Below, in pieces: positions 19,268-28,624 of a DNA stretch of 64,000 nucleotides (within the stretch, counting starts at the first letter, position 1; the number at the start of each line of letters is the position of its first letter). This stretch comes from an uncultured Candidatus Saccharibacteria bacterium. GTDB taxonomy: Bacteria; Patescibacteriota; Minisyncoccia; Phycocordibacterales; PALSA-1337. The notes beneath the pieces were generated by a model, which worked only from the letters and a program-made list of their open reading frames with translations, was not told the origin of the DNA and made no database searches. Both the position numbers and the translations under genes were made by a program. The stretch is from the NCBI GenBank assembly GCA_964459225.1, contig CAYWKB010000001.1:180140-244139 (forward strand). The letters run 5' to 3'.

Positions 19268-19705
19268 ATGTATAAAAAAATAATTAATTTCTTTGATAAA
19301 TTTGAAGACAGTATAAGAATAAAGTTAAGTAGATTTCCTATCGTCTACACAATATTGGGCGGAATAGCTATTGTATTGTTTTGGAGGGGTGTATGGCATA
19401 CTGCAGATACTCTTGAGAGTAAGGGAGGACTCATAGGATTTTTGTTTTCAGCACCGATCAGTGTTCTTGTAGTTACAATAATATTATTGGCAACAGGATT
19501 ATTTGTCTCAAGTTTTATAGGAGATGCTATTTTGCTTTCAGGTTTAAGACAAGAAAAGAAATTACATGAAAAGACAGAAAAGGAGGTGAGGGAAGAAGAG
19601 GCAACACTCAATCAAATACAAAATACTATTCAAGAAATCAAAAGGGAAGTAGATGAGATTAAAAATGTAGTTGAAGATAATTCAAAAGATCAAAATAATA
19701 AATAA
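19268..19705 (+). CDS. Small membrane protein with two transmembrane segments and a charged C-terminal coiled coil.
   Basis: 145-aa ORF with hydrophobic segments ILGGIAIVLFW and VLVVTIILLATGLFV. Confidence 0.5.
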   Translation: MYKKIINFFDKFEDSIRIKLSRFPIVYTILGGIAIVLFWRGVWHTADTLESKGGLIGFLFSAPISVLVVTIILLATGLFVSSFIGDAILLSGLRQEKKLHEKTEKEVREEEATLNQIQNTIQEIKREVDEIKNVVEDNSKDQNNK

Positions 19706-19802
19706 GCTGTTTGTTCCAGTCATTTTATTAGCCTTTTGTTAAATATGGCAAAAAATATATATTTCTGATAGTATATTTACTGTAATTGTTTTGAAAATAA
19801 AT

Positions 19803-19873
19803 GCGGGATTAGTTTAGTGGTAAAACTACAGTTTTCCAAACTGTTGTCAGGAGTTCGATTCCCCTATCCCGCA
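19803..19873 (+). tRNA. tRNA-Gly(TCC), no encoded CCA.
   Basis: Acceptor stem GCGGGAT/ATCCCGC, anticodon stem ACAGT/ACTGT, anticodon loop TTTCCAA, T-loop AGTTCGATTCC. Confidence 0.85.
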
Positions 19874-19899
19874 CATTTTGTTCGATATTACTAATGTAT

Positions 19900-20170
19900 A
19901 AAAATAAAACACCCGCTGCCGAAGCATTGGGTGGTGGTAAGATTTTCGTCATTCATCTTGGACGCCTGTTATACAACAGGACCGAACAGACTTCTGTTGG
20001 GGTGGATAAACTAATTTTGTCCCCGCACCCCCGGGACTCTCTGAGCATCAATAATGGGTTGGCACGTTCATTCCTGCTTGATAACCCAAATAACCTCGCA
20101 GGAACTATCGCTGTCATATGATAAGATTGAGAAGGCCGCGAAACGCCTTTTCAACCAAATTGATCAAGTT
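19900..20170. ncRNA. Candidate structured ncRNA, family and strand unresolved.
   Basis: A roughly 270-nt GC-rich stretch with multiple hairpins (CCTGTT-atac-AACAGG, GGGGTGG...CCCCGCACCCCC) in a 450-bp gene-free gap between tRNA-Gly and hup. The overlapping 75-aa ORF has no coding signature. Confidence 0.25.
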
Positions 20171-20271
20171 CCAAAGAACTGTGAATAGAGTCTGTTAATA
20201 ACAACTTACTCTATCATGGTACAAGCATAGCATATCCAAAATATTTGTCAAGTGCTTTCTCCCAAATCAAA

Positions 20272-20295
20272 AACCACCAATTGCTGGTGGTTTTT
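20272..20295. terminator. Bidirectional rho-independent terminator downstream of hup.
   Basis: AACCACCA-attgc-TGGTGGTT flanked by an A-run and a T-run. Confidence 0.7.
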
Positions 20296-20320
20296 GATTT
20301 AATTTACTCGAGTGAGTTAA

Positions 20321-20593
20321 TTATTTAACTGCATCCTTCAAAGCCTTTGCTGCTCTGAACTTTGGAACCTTCATAGCTGGAACCTTGATTGATTCACCTG
20401 TTCTTGGATTACGAGCATCTCTTGCTGCTCTTTGCTTTACTGAAAATATTCCAAGACCTGCGATAGATACTTCATCACCCTTCTTAAGAGCGTTTATTAT
20501 TGAGTCTACAACTGTATCTACTGCTTGTTCAGCTTGTACCTTTGTTCCTCCTAGCACTGCATTTACTGCCTCTACTATTGATGCTTTATTCAT
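20321..20593 (-). CDS. hup: DNA-binding protein HU.
   Basis: 90-aa HU/IHF fold carrying the GLGIFSVKQRAARDARNPRTGESIKVPA arm. Confidence 0.9.
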   Translation of the reverse strand: MNKASIVEAVNAVLGGTKVQAEQAVDTVVDSIINALKKGDEVSIAGLGIFSVKQRAARDARNPRTGESIKVPAMKVPKFRAAKALKDAVK

Positions 20594-20826
20594 AAATTAT
20601 TTTTACAAATTTCTATTAATTCTTCTAATGTTTCTAACCTCGGTATAATTATATAATAAGCCAGATATTACGCAATGCCGAAAAAATTACACAATACATA
20701 AAGACATACTACCAAACACTATTGACAAATCTATAAAATATGATAAGGTATTAGGAGAGTAAAAATCAGCCGTATAGAAGTACGGTTTGATAAGCTCGAT
20801 GAAAATTAACGTCGGAATCGAAGTTT

Positions 20827-21267
20827 ATGAACACCAAAGAATTCCTCAGAAAAACATTGGATGTATTTATCGGCACAATGCTTATTGTGGTGACTCTCGT
20901 TATTTTTACAGCCGTCTTATTCCCTTTCTTCGTTAGTGCCCCCAACGATGCTATGAGAAAGGTCCAAATCTTTTGTGCTAACAGATCCTGGAGTGGTGCG
21001 CCAGTTAATACTGTGATACAGGCTATACCCTATAAGGTTATAGCCGAAAAAGGTTCAAGGAATAATACTGTTATCGTTAGAGCGACTCAGCAAATGAAGG
21101 AACAGGGGTTGTATATTTTAGAGGCTGTAACACATGAAAGTTTAAGTGTTGGCCAGACAGTTGTGGTCGGCGTGCTAGGGTCACCGGTTGAATTTTGCAT
21201 TGCATATGCCGTAGATGTCGATACACTTAAGGGACTCGCCCTAACCAACAAGGCGATTGAAAAATAG
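20827..21267 (+). CDS. Hypothetical membrane-anchored protein with GC-atypical coding sequence.
   Basis: 146-aa ORF with an N-terminal transmembrane segment. Its codon usage is visibly more GC-rich than its flanks. Confidence 0.45.
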   Translation: MNTKEFLRKTLDVFIGTMLIVVTLVIFTAVLFPFFVSAPNDAMRKVQIFCANRSWSGAPVNTVIQAIPYKVIAEKGSRNNTVIVRATQQMKEQGLYILEAVTHESLSVGQTVVVGVLGSPVEFCIAYAVDVDTLKGLALTNKAIEK

Positions 21268-21302
21268 CTACAATCCCGTAAAAAAAGGAATCAAAAACAA
21301 AA

Positions 21303-21340
21303 CCGCCCAGAGTCACAAGCTCTGGGCAGTTCTTTTTTAC
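21303..21340. terminator. Bidirectional terminator between convergent genes.
   Basis: GCCCAGAG-tcacaag-CTCTGGGC followed by TTCTTTTTT. Confidence 0.7.
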
Positions 21341-21366
21341 TTTTTTATTTTCTAATTTACGTATTT

Positions 21367-22896
21367 CTATCTCGCAAACTCTATAACTCTGGTCTCGCGT
21401 ATTATAACTACTTTTATTTCTCCCGGGTATTTTAAATCTTTTTCTATTTTTAATGCTATATCTCGCGCTAACTTTTTTGCTTCCAAATCTGTTATCTTTT
21501 CTGGTGTTACGAATACTCTGATTTCGCGTCCTGCTTGTAGGGCATATGACTTTTCAACTCCATTAAATGAATTCGATATTGCTTCTAGATCTCCTAATCT
21601 CTTTAAATAGTTTTCGACACTATCATGTCTCGCTCCTGGTCTTGCACCTGATATTGCATCTGCTGTTTGAACTATGCGTGATTCCACTGTTTCATATGGA
21701 TATTCCTCATGATGTGCCTGCATCGCCTTTACTATTTCTTCATTTGCACCAAATTTTTGTAGTATTCTCCTACCGATTTCCACATGTGTTCCTGAAACCT
21801 CATGATCAAGTGCCTTTCCAAGGTCATGTAATAGGGCACCTGCTTTGGCTACTGCTACATTTGCACCTATTTCTTCGGCTATCATACCCGCTATATGTGC
21901 CATTTCGATTGAATGTTGCAAAACATTTTGTCCATAACTTGTTCTAAAATGTAATCTTCCTAATATAAGTAGTATTCTAGGGTCTAAACCTATCACTCCG
22001 CATTCATATGCTGCTTGTTCACCTTTTTCCTTAATTGTCTTATTTATATCTAATTGTGCTTGCTCTACAACTTTTTCTATTTTTGCTGGCTGAATACGGC
22101 CGTCTTTGATTAATTCTTCAAGTGCAAGCTTGGCTACATGTCTCCTTACTGGATCAAAAGATGAAATTGTTATTGTTCCTGGGGTATCGTCAACTATTAG
22201 CTCCACTCCTGTAACTCTTTCAAATGCTTTGATATTTCTTCCTTCTTTACCTATTATTTTGCCCTTTATTTCATCACTTTGAATTGTCACTGATGTAGAC
22301 ATAATGTCACTAGCAACAGAATTTGCTAGTCTTTGTATTGATGCTGATAGTATTTCCTGAGCCTTTTTTTCTAATAATTCTTCGCCATTTTGCTCTAATT
22401 TTTGTATTTTTACCAATATATCTTCCTCAGCATTCTTTTCCACTGTCTTAATTACCATTTCTTTTGCTGTTTCAGCGTTTAGACCAGCTATTTTTTCTAA
22501 TTCTATTACCTTATCCTTTTCTAATTTTTCAGCACGATCACGAATAGCCCTGATTTCTACGGCTTTTTCTTTTATTATTTCTACTTCCTTGTCTATATCT
22601 GCCTGTCTTTTATCGAGAATATCCTCCTTTTTTATTAATCTAGACTCTGTTTGAAGTATTTTTTCTTCTTTTTCCTTTATTTCTGTCCTTGCTTCCTCTA
22701 AAAACTTTTTTGACTTTGTATCTGCATCACTTATTATTCTTTTTGCTTCTTCTTTTGCGGTGAGAAGCATCTCCTTGATTTCTAGCTCCATTGAGCCCTT
22801 TTTACCAAGAGATATTATGAGTCTTAGGTAATAACCGATTGCTACACCAGCTATACCTGCAATACTCAGGAATACCGCTACTAATTTTAATGACAT
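21367..22896 (-). CDS. rny: Ribonuclease Y.
   Basis: N-terminal transmembrane segment, a long coiled coil, a KH domain (IGKEGRNIKAFERVTGV) and an HD domain (HDLGKALDHE). Length is 509 aa. Confidence 0.9.
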   Translation of the reverse strand: MSLKLVAVFLSIAGIAGVAIGYYLRLIISLGKKGSMELEIKEMLLTAKEEAKRIISDADTKSKKFLEEARTEIKEKEEKILQTESRLIKKEDILDKRQADIDKEVEIIKEKAVEIRAIRDRAEKLEKDKVIELEKIAGLNAETAKEMVIKTVEKNAEEDILVKIQKLEQNGEELLEKKAQEILSASIQRLANSVASDIMSTSVTIQSDEIKGKIIGKEGRNIKAFERVTGVELIVDDTPGTITISSFDPVRRHVAKLALEELIKDGRIQPAKIEKVVEQAQLDINKTIKEKGEQAAYECGVIGLDPRILLILGRLHFRTSYGQNVLQHSIEMAHIAGMIAEEIGANVAVAKAGALLHDLGKALDHEVSGTHVEIGRRILQKFGANEEIVKAMQAHHEEYPYETVESRIVQTADAISGARPGARHDSVENYLKRLGDLEAISNSFNGVEKSYALQAGREIRVFVTPEKITDLEAKKLARDIALKIEKDLKYPGEIKVVIIRETRVIEFAR

Positions 22897-23056
22897 ATGC
22901 GAATATCAATTCGCGACCTGACCGTATATTATCCTTGTATTTATTGAATTTTGAATTAAGTTTGTCCTGAATTTCTGAATATCTGTATAACGCGGTAATT
23001 AAAAGTCTGTTTGCGAACCGAAAAATTAAATTTATAACAAAATAACTGTATCACAA

Positions 23057-23626
23057 TTATAAAACCTTGTCTATAATTCCGTACTTTTTTGCTTCTTCTG
23101 AGTCCATAAAGTAATTTCTATCTACGTCTTTTTCAATCTTTGATAGTGGCTGACCTGTGTTTTTTGAAAGCATTTTATTTATGTTTTCTCTTGTTTTTAA
23201 GATATGCTTTGCGCTTATCTCAATATCTGATGCTTGTCCCTCCGCACCCCCTAATGGTTGATGTATCATAACTTCAGCATTTGGAAGGGAATAACGCTTA
23301 CCTTTTTGTCCTGCTGATAGTATAAGCGCACCCATAGAAGCGGCCATACCCACGCATACTGTTGAAACATCATTTTTAATATTGTTCATAGTATCAATGA
23401 TTGCAAGACCTGCTGTTACTGATCCTCCTGGTGAATTTACATACATTGTTATGTCCTTTTTTGGATCTTCAGATTGCAAAAACAATAACTGTGCAATTAC
23501 GATATTTGCTATATTGTCATCTATTGGGCCTGCAAGGAAAATGATATTTTCCTTTAAAAGTCTTGAATAAATATCATAGGCTCTTTCACCCATACTTGTC
23601 TTTTCTATTACGGTTGGTATTAACAT
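23057..23626 (-). CDS. clpP: ATP-dependent Clp protease proteolytic subunit.
   Basis: [19 protein letters not shown]...MIHQPLGG ClpP signature including the catalytic Ser and His. Confidence 0.9.
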   Translation of the reverse strand: MLIPTVIEKTSMGERAYDIYSRLLKENIIFLAGPIDDNIANIVIAQLLFLQSEDPKKDITMYVNSPGGSVTAGLAIIDTMNNIKNDVSTVCVGMAASMGALILSAGQKGKRYSLPNAEVMIHQPLGGAEGQASDIEISAKHILKTRENINKMLSKNTGQPLSKIEKDVDRNYFMDSEEAKKYGIIDKVL

Positions 23627-23692
23627 ATATTTTAAATTTTAAATTGTTTAATATTGTCATAATACCCCAAGTTTCATATTTGGCAACTTCCC

Positions 23693-24415
23693 ATGTTTCA
23701 TAATGGGTATATAATTATGTTTATGAAATTAAATAGATTTTATACCCCCGAAAAGCTTGGAGGCAAAACCTCGATTACTCTTTCCCAGATCCCATTTATC
23801 AATCAAATTAAAAATGTTTTTCGGTTTACAAAAGGTGATGAAGTTATATTATTTGATAATTCTGGCTTCGATTTTCTTGCGAAGATAGAAAATTATGAAA
23901 AGGACACTGTTACTCTTTCAATTGTGAAAACTACAGAAAACACAGTTATTCCTCTTAGAGAAACATATTTGTTTTCTTCAATTGTTAAAAAAGATAATTT
24001 TGAATGGATAGTTGAAAAAGCAACTGAGTTAGGTGTTTCGCATATTGTTCCAATTATTTCTGCTAGAACAGAAAAGAAAGATTTAAATATTGAAAGAATA
24101 CAAAAGATAATTACTGAAGCAGCAGAGCAAAGTGGCAGGGGAACATTGCCAATACTTTATGAAGTTACTGATCTTGATTCTGCACTAAATAATTATGCTC
24201 ATATACAATCTATAGCATGGCATACTGGAGCAAATAAATTTGTTACACAAGATGTCACAACTGCAATTGGTGCATACATTGGTCCTGAAGGTGGATGGTC
24301 AAATGAAGAATTAGAATTATTCAAAAAGCATGGTGTTCATACAAGATCACTTGGCCCACAAATACTACGTTCTGAAACTGCTGTTGTTGCTGTGCTTTCA
24401 AGACTGGTATTTTAG
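23693..24415 (+). CDS. rsmE: 16S rRNA (uracil1498-N3)-methyltransferase RsmE.
   Basis: PUA-like N-terminus plus a SPOUT C-terminus (GPEGGWSNEE...SLGPQILRSETAVVAVLS). The start may be the internal MKLNRFY Met. Confidence 0.8.
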   Translation: MFHNGYIIMFMKLNRFYTPEKLGGKTSITLSQIPFINQIKNVFRFTKGDEVILFDNSGFDFLAKIENYEKDTVTLSIVKTTENTVIPLRETYLFSSIVKKDNFEWIVEKATELGVSHIVPIISARTEKKDLNIERIQKIITEAAEQSGRGTLPILYEVTDLDSALNNYAHIQSIAWHTGANKFVTQDVTTAIGAYIGPEGGWSNEELELFKKHGVHTRSLGPQILRSETAVVAVLSRLVF

Positions 24416-24523
24416 AAAAGACATTTTAAAAAATGTTTTACAAATAAATAAACAAAAAGCGATTCCCAACTGGTATCGCTTTATGTTTTATGAAACTTTT
24501 ATTTGCTAAACTATCTGTACTTT

Positions 24524-25615
24524 TTATTTATTATTTTCTAGGAATAAATAAACTTTTTCATTTGTAAGTACTGTCTCTGCATATGTGTATGCTTGTTCTG
24601 GATCAGCATCTTTATAATGATCTAGTATATGTTTCACTTCTTCCTCTATGTCTTTTTTGTCGGCTACTATGTTTTCGGTTTCACTAATCTTATTTAATAT
24701 GAGTTGTAGCTTTGCCTTTTTTTCTGCATGTGGTTGCCATTCCTTTCTTATTTCTTCTATTGTCTTTTTTGCATGCTTTAAATAATCTTCTAGTTTCACA
24801 CCCATTCTAGCTATATCATCTGTAAACTGCGCCTCTATTCTTCTTAGTTCTGAATCAATAAGTATTTGAGGTAAGTCTATTTGTGTTTCAGAAATTAATT
24901 TATCAGAAATTGCTATTCTCTTTTTTTCTTTTGCTTGATATTTTTTGTCTTCAATTAATGAGAGTTTTATTTTTTCTTTAAAATCATTTACATCTTTGAA
25001 GTCACCAAGTGATGTTACAAATGCATCATTTAATTCAGGTAGATTTTTTTCGATTTCTTTATCATGTTCTTCATCTGTCATTTTGTCATGATCATGGTGA
25101 CTGTGATCTACTCTACTTCTTCTGATTTTATTTATTGCATCTTCAATTTCTTTTTCTGTAACTTCGAGAGACTCTTGTTCTTGTTTTGAAAATTCTTTTG
25201 AGATTTTATTGTAATCTGCCAATTTAATTTCTGGCATAATAGCTGTAGTGATTTTAAATTCAAGGGGATTATCTTTTGCAATTTTTGTGATATTGATTTC
25301 TGGTCTTCCAATCACATCTAGTTTTTCATTTACCACTATTTCAGGATATGCATGTGACAATGCTATCTGTGCCATCTCTTCGAGTATCATCATTTCACCA
25401 ACTTTTGCTATTAACATTGCCTCTGGAACTTTACCTTTTCGGAAGCCGTCTATGGTGACTTCGTCATTGATATTTTGTAAAGCTTCAGTACGGAAACTTT
25501 GAAATGCAGATGAGATTATTTCACCTGTGATTTCGACCTTACTCTTGTCTAATTTATTGACCACTATATTTGAAGTGATGGTCTTTTTGTCCCCTTTATT
25601 TATATTTTTTTGCAT
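24524..25615 (-). CDS. tig: Trigger factor.
   Basis: N-terminal ribosome-binding domain carrying the GFRKGKVP signature, in the tig/clpP neighbourhood. Confidence 0.75.
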   Translation of the reverse strand: MQKNINKGDKKTITSNIVVNKLDKSKVEITGEIISSAFQSFRTEALQNINDEVTIDGFRKGKVPEAMLIAKVGEMMILEEMAQIALSHAYPEIVVNEKLDVIGRPEINITKIAKDNPLEFKITTAIMPEIKLADYNKISKEFSKQEQESLEVTEKEIEDAINKIRRSRVDHSHHDHDKMTDEEHDKEIEKNLPELNDAFVTSLGDFKDVNDFKEKIKLSLIEDKKYQAKEKKRIAISDKLISETQIDLPQILIDSELRRIEAQFTDDIARMGVKLEDYLKHAKKTIEEIRKEWQPHAEKKAKLQLILNKISETENIVADKKDIEEEVKHILDHYKDADPEQAYTYAETVLTNEKVYLFLENNK

Positions 25616-25726
25616 GAATCAAAGTCTATCGTATTAAAATATTTTGGCAAGTTTTATAATAGAAAAACAAAAATCACCACGATCATTGTGAAGGCGGTGA
25701 TTTTTGTTTTTAATTTTGATTAATTT

Positions 25727-26023
25727 TTAGAAACTATAATCAATATCTTTTAATTGGGCATCAAGATCAGCATTCAATGAATCTGAATCAGTTCCTGAAG
25801 ATAGGTTTGCTGTGTTTTCGGTATTTGTAACCTTTTCACTTGTAACTGTTTCCTCTGAAACGTTTGGAGTTGTGTTTAATTTTTGACTAAAGAAATATAG
25901 TGAAGCGATAACTATAACAAGTACTATTACAAGTACACTAACTATTGGACCTATTTTCTTTTCATTTTTTGGAACTGGTGGCATACCATTCATCATGCTA
26001 CTTGGGTTTATATTATTATCCAT
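25727..26023 (-). CDS. Small single-pass membrane protein, hypothetical.
   Basis: 98-aa ORF with the transmembrane segment IVSVLVIVLVIVIASLYFF. Confidence 0.35.
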   Translation of the reverse strand: MDNNINPSSMMNGMPPVPKNEKKIGPIVSVLVIVLVIVIASLYFFSQKLNTTPNVSEETVTSEKVTNTENTANLSSGTDSDSLNADLDAQLKDIDYSF

Positions 26024-26029
26024 ATTTAA

Positions 26030-26833
26030 TTATTTTATTTTATTAATAATTTCAACTACCTTTTTAAGTGAATCACGAGCTTCCTTTACTGACTTGATTG
26101 CCACGTCTCCTAATGTTCTTGGCTTTTCTAGATCAACTTCAGTATTACTTGCATCTGTTCCTGTTGTTGTCTTGTCAGGTATTACGATATTAATATTTTC
26201 AAATACTGATATACCTGTCTTTGCTGCTTCGAGATTGTTTTTTGCTTTTTCGAATGCTGCCTTTGCCTCTGTTACATCCTTACCGTCTGCCTCAAGCTTT
26301 GATATTCTCTCTGATATTCTTCCTGAAATATTTGTTAAGTTTTCGACTGAAAGTTTTAGCTCCTTGATTAGGGCACTTTTCCTTTCATCAAATATACTTA
26401 CCTTCATCTTTTTAACCATATCTCTCTTTTCATTCATCTTTGCCTTAAACATTTGATTTGGTGTTGTTGTCGCACCATCCTTTCGCATTTCCTTTCTTTC
26501 TTCTCTCATGTCTTTTATCTCGCCCTTCATATCCTTTCTTGCGTCTTTGATATCATCTCTAATATCCTTGATATTTTCCTTTCTTTCGTCCCTTATATCC
26601 TTTTTTTCATCTCTTATATCCTTCCTTTCTTCCATTATGCCTTTCTTTTCAATAAGTCTGTCATTTCTGATTTCCTTATTTTTTTCTATTCTATCCTCTA
26701 TTTTTGCCTTGATTGGCATTACTGCTGGCTTTTCCTGTGCATTTGCAGTATAAGCGCTTGCTGAAATTGTCAAAACCATTGCAAATGCAATTGCTTTAAG
26801 ATATTTCATATTATTTGTACTATTAAATGTCAT
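26030..26833 (-). CDS. Secreted K/R/E/D-rich tandem-repeat protein.
   Basis: Signal peptide MKYLKAIAFAMVLTISASAYTANA followed by degenerate octad repeats (DIRDEKK/DIRDERK/DIKDARK...). Confidence 0.55.
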   Translation of the reverse strand: MTFNSTNNMKYLKAIAFAMVLTISASAYTANAQEKPAVMPIKAKIEDRIEKNKEIRNDRLIEKKGIMEERKDIRDEKKDIRDERKENIKDIRDDIKDARKDMKGEIKDMREERKEMRKDGATTTPNQMFKAKMNEKRDMVKKMKVSIFDERKSALIKELKLSVENLTNISGRISERISKLEADGKDVTEAKAAFEKAKNNLEAAKTGISVFENINIVIPDKTTTGTDASNTEVDLEKPRTLGDVAIKSVKEARDSLKKVVEIINKIK

Positions 26834-26942
26834 TTTATTGTTAATTAAGATTGATAAAAAGGCTACTAGTATATGAAATTAAATAACCTTGCGACTATTA
26901 TATCACAAGGTTATTTAATATTTGATACTATACTATGCTGTA

Positions 26943-28073
26943 TTATTGTTCTGTAGTTGTACTTGCAGGATTCGATTGAATGTCTATTTTCCAACCTGTT
27001 AATTTGGCTGCTAGTCTCACATTTTGACCTCCTTTACCTATTGCTAATGACTGTTGATCTTCAGAAACATGCACAATTGCACGCTTTTCAGTATTATCTA
27101 GGTCTATTTTTAGTATTTTAGCAGGGGATAGTGATTCCTGAATAAACTGTTCTGGCTTTTCATTCCATTGAATTATATCGATTTTTTCACCTGAAAGTTC
27201 ACTCATAACAGTTGAAACTCTAACTCCTCTTTGTCCAACCAATGATCCAATAGGGTCAATATGACTATCTTTTGAAAATACAGCTATTTTTGATCTAGAT
27301 CCTGCTTCACGGGCAACTGCCTTTACTTCTACAGTTCCTTGAGCGATTTCTGGAGCCTCGATTTCAAATAATTTGGCTAAAAACATAGGATGTGAACGTG
27401 AAAGTTTCAACATTATGCCTTTTGGAGACTCTTCAACTGCGTATAGATATGCGCGTATTCTCTCACCTTGCTTGTAATGCTCGCTCGGTATTTGATCTTC
27501 ATAACCTATTATACCCATAGCTCTACCCATATCTATAAATATAGCCCCTCTTTCCATTCTTTGTACTGTACCTTGTACTATTTGACCTTCTTTTTGACCA
27601 TATTCACTCAAAACTGAGGTTTTTTCGGCCTCTCTTATCTTTTGAATGATAACTTGCTTAGCTGTTTGAGCCGCTATTCTTCCATAATCACCCTTTTCTT
27701 CAAGAGGGAAAATGATTTCATCGTCTATTTTTGCGTCTTTTTTGATCTTTTTTGCATCAGCAAGCAAAATATGATGTTCAGGATTAAATCTAACTCTTAT
27801 ATTTTCTTCTGCTATGTTTTTTAAATCCTGCTCGTCTTCTTCATCTTCCATAATTACCTTTGTTTCATCAACAACGATTTTAACCTGGTAAAATTCAACT
27901 TTACCACTGTTATTGTCAAAAACAGCCCTAACAATCTGGCCTTTTTTGCCGTATTCCTTTTTATATGCTGTTGCAAGAGCTAACTCTATAGCTTCTAGCA
28001 TCTTTTCCTTTGGAATTCCTCTTTCTTCTTGTAATTGTTCAAGAACAGAGTGTATAACTTTTAAATCAAACAT
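26943..28073 (-). CDS. nusA: Transcription termination/antitermination factor NusA.
   Basis: Domain order N-terminal domain, S1 (GQIVQGTVQRMERGAIFIDMG), then two KH domains (IGKGGQNVRLAAKLTGWKIDI). Confidence 0.9.
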   Translation of the reverse strand: MFDLKVIHSVLEQLQEERGIPKEKMLEAIELALATAYKKEYGKKGQIVRAVFDNNSGKVEFYQVKIVVDETKVIMEDEEDEQDLKNIAEENIRVRFNPEHHILLADAKKIKKDAKIDDEIIFPLEEKGDYGRIAAQTAKQVIIQKIREAEKTSVLSEYGQKEGQIVQGTVQRMERGAIFIDMGRAMGIIGYEDQIPSEHYKQGERIRAYLYAVEESPKGIMLKLSRSHPMFLAKLFEIEAPEIAQGTVEVKAVAREAGSRSKIAVFSKDSHIDPIGSLVGQRGVRVSTVMSELSGEKIDIIQWNEKPEQFIQESLSPAKILKIDLDNTEKRAIVHVSEDQQSLAIGKGGQNVRLAAKLTGWKIDIQSNPASTTTEQ

Positions 28074-28221
28074 TTTGTTTATTATATTAATTTTTCTAAA
28101 AAAATAGCCCGCTCACCGAGCGAACTTACTTGCAAACAATATACCATATATACAAAAAATACACAAATTATATTTTATCCAGTATTTTGAACATATTTTA
28201 ATAAGTTATTAACAGTATAAA

Positions 28222-28620
28222 TTGTACTTGAATGCATATGTCTTATATAATTACCTTTGTATTAGTTATAAAATTTTAAAAATGAATAAAAATAACACTT
28301 CTCATGTCGTGCTTTTGGTAATTCTCATAATTATCGCTATTGTCATGATAGTTTTTTCTTATCTTAAACCAAGCAAGGTAGAGTACAATACAAATAATAA
28401 TCAAACTACAAAGGAAGTCGAAAAGCCAAAGGAAAAGTCATTAACCTCTGAACAAGTACAATTAAGGCAAAGGATACTAACACTTATAAATAAAAAGACT
28501 GTTTTAACAAAAGCAGAAAAGGACGAGATATTTAACGCGATTTCAGGTTCAAATATCAATAATTATAATTTCAGTAAAGAAGAAAGGATTAAAATAGTTG
28601 AGGCATTAAATCGAAAATAA
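28222..28620 (+). CDS. Hypothetical membrane-anchored protein.
   Basis: 132-aa ORF. The likely start is the MNKNN Met at about 28282, which is followed by a transmembrane segment. Confidence 0.4.
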   Translation: MYLNAYVLYNYLCISYKILKMNKNNTSHVVLLVILIIIAIVMIVFSYLKPSKVEYNTNNNQTTKEVEKPKEKSLTSEQVQLRQRILTLINKKTVLTKAEKDEIFNAISGSNINNYNFSKEERIKIVEALNRK

Positions 28621-28624
28621 TATT

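Noticed and set aside
19894-20121. 75-aa ORF on the plus strand
   Set aside because: It lies in a GC-rich structured block and has no RBS context. The peptide is low-complexity (PAAEALGGGK...), so it is more likely non-coding.
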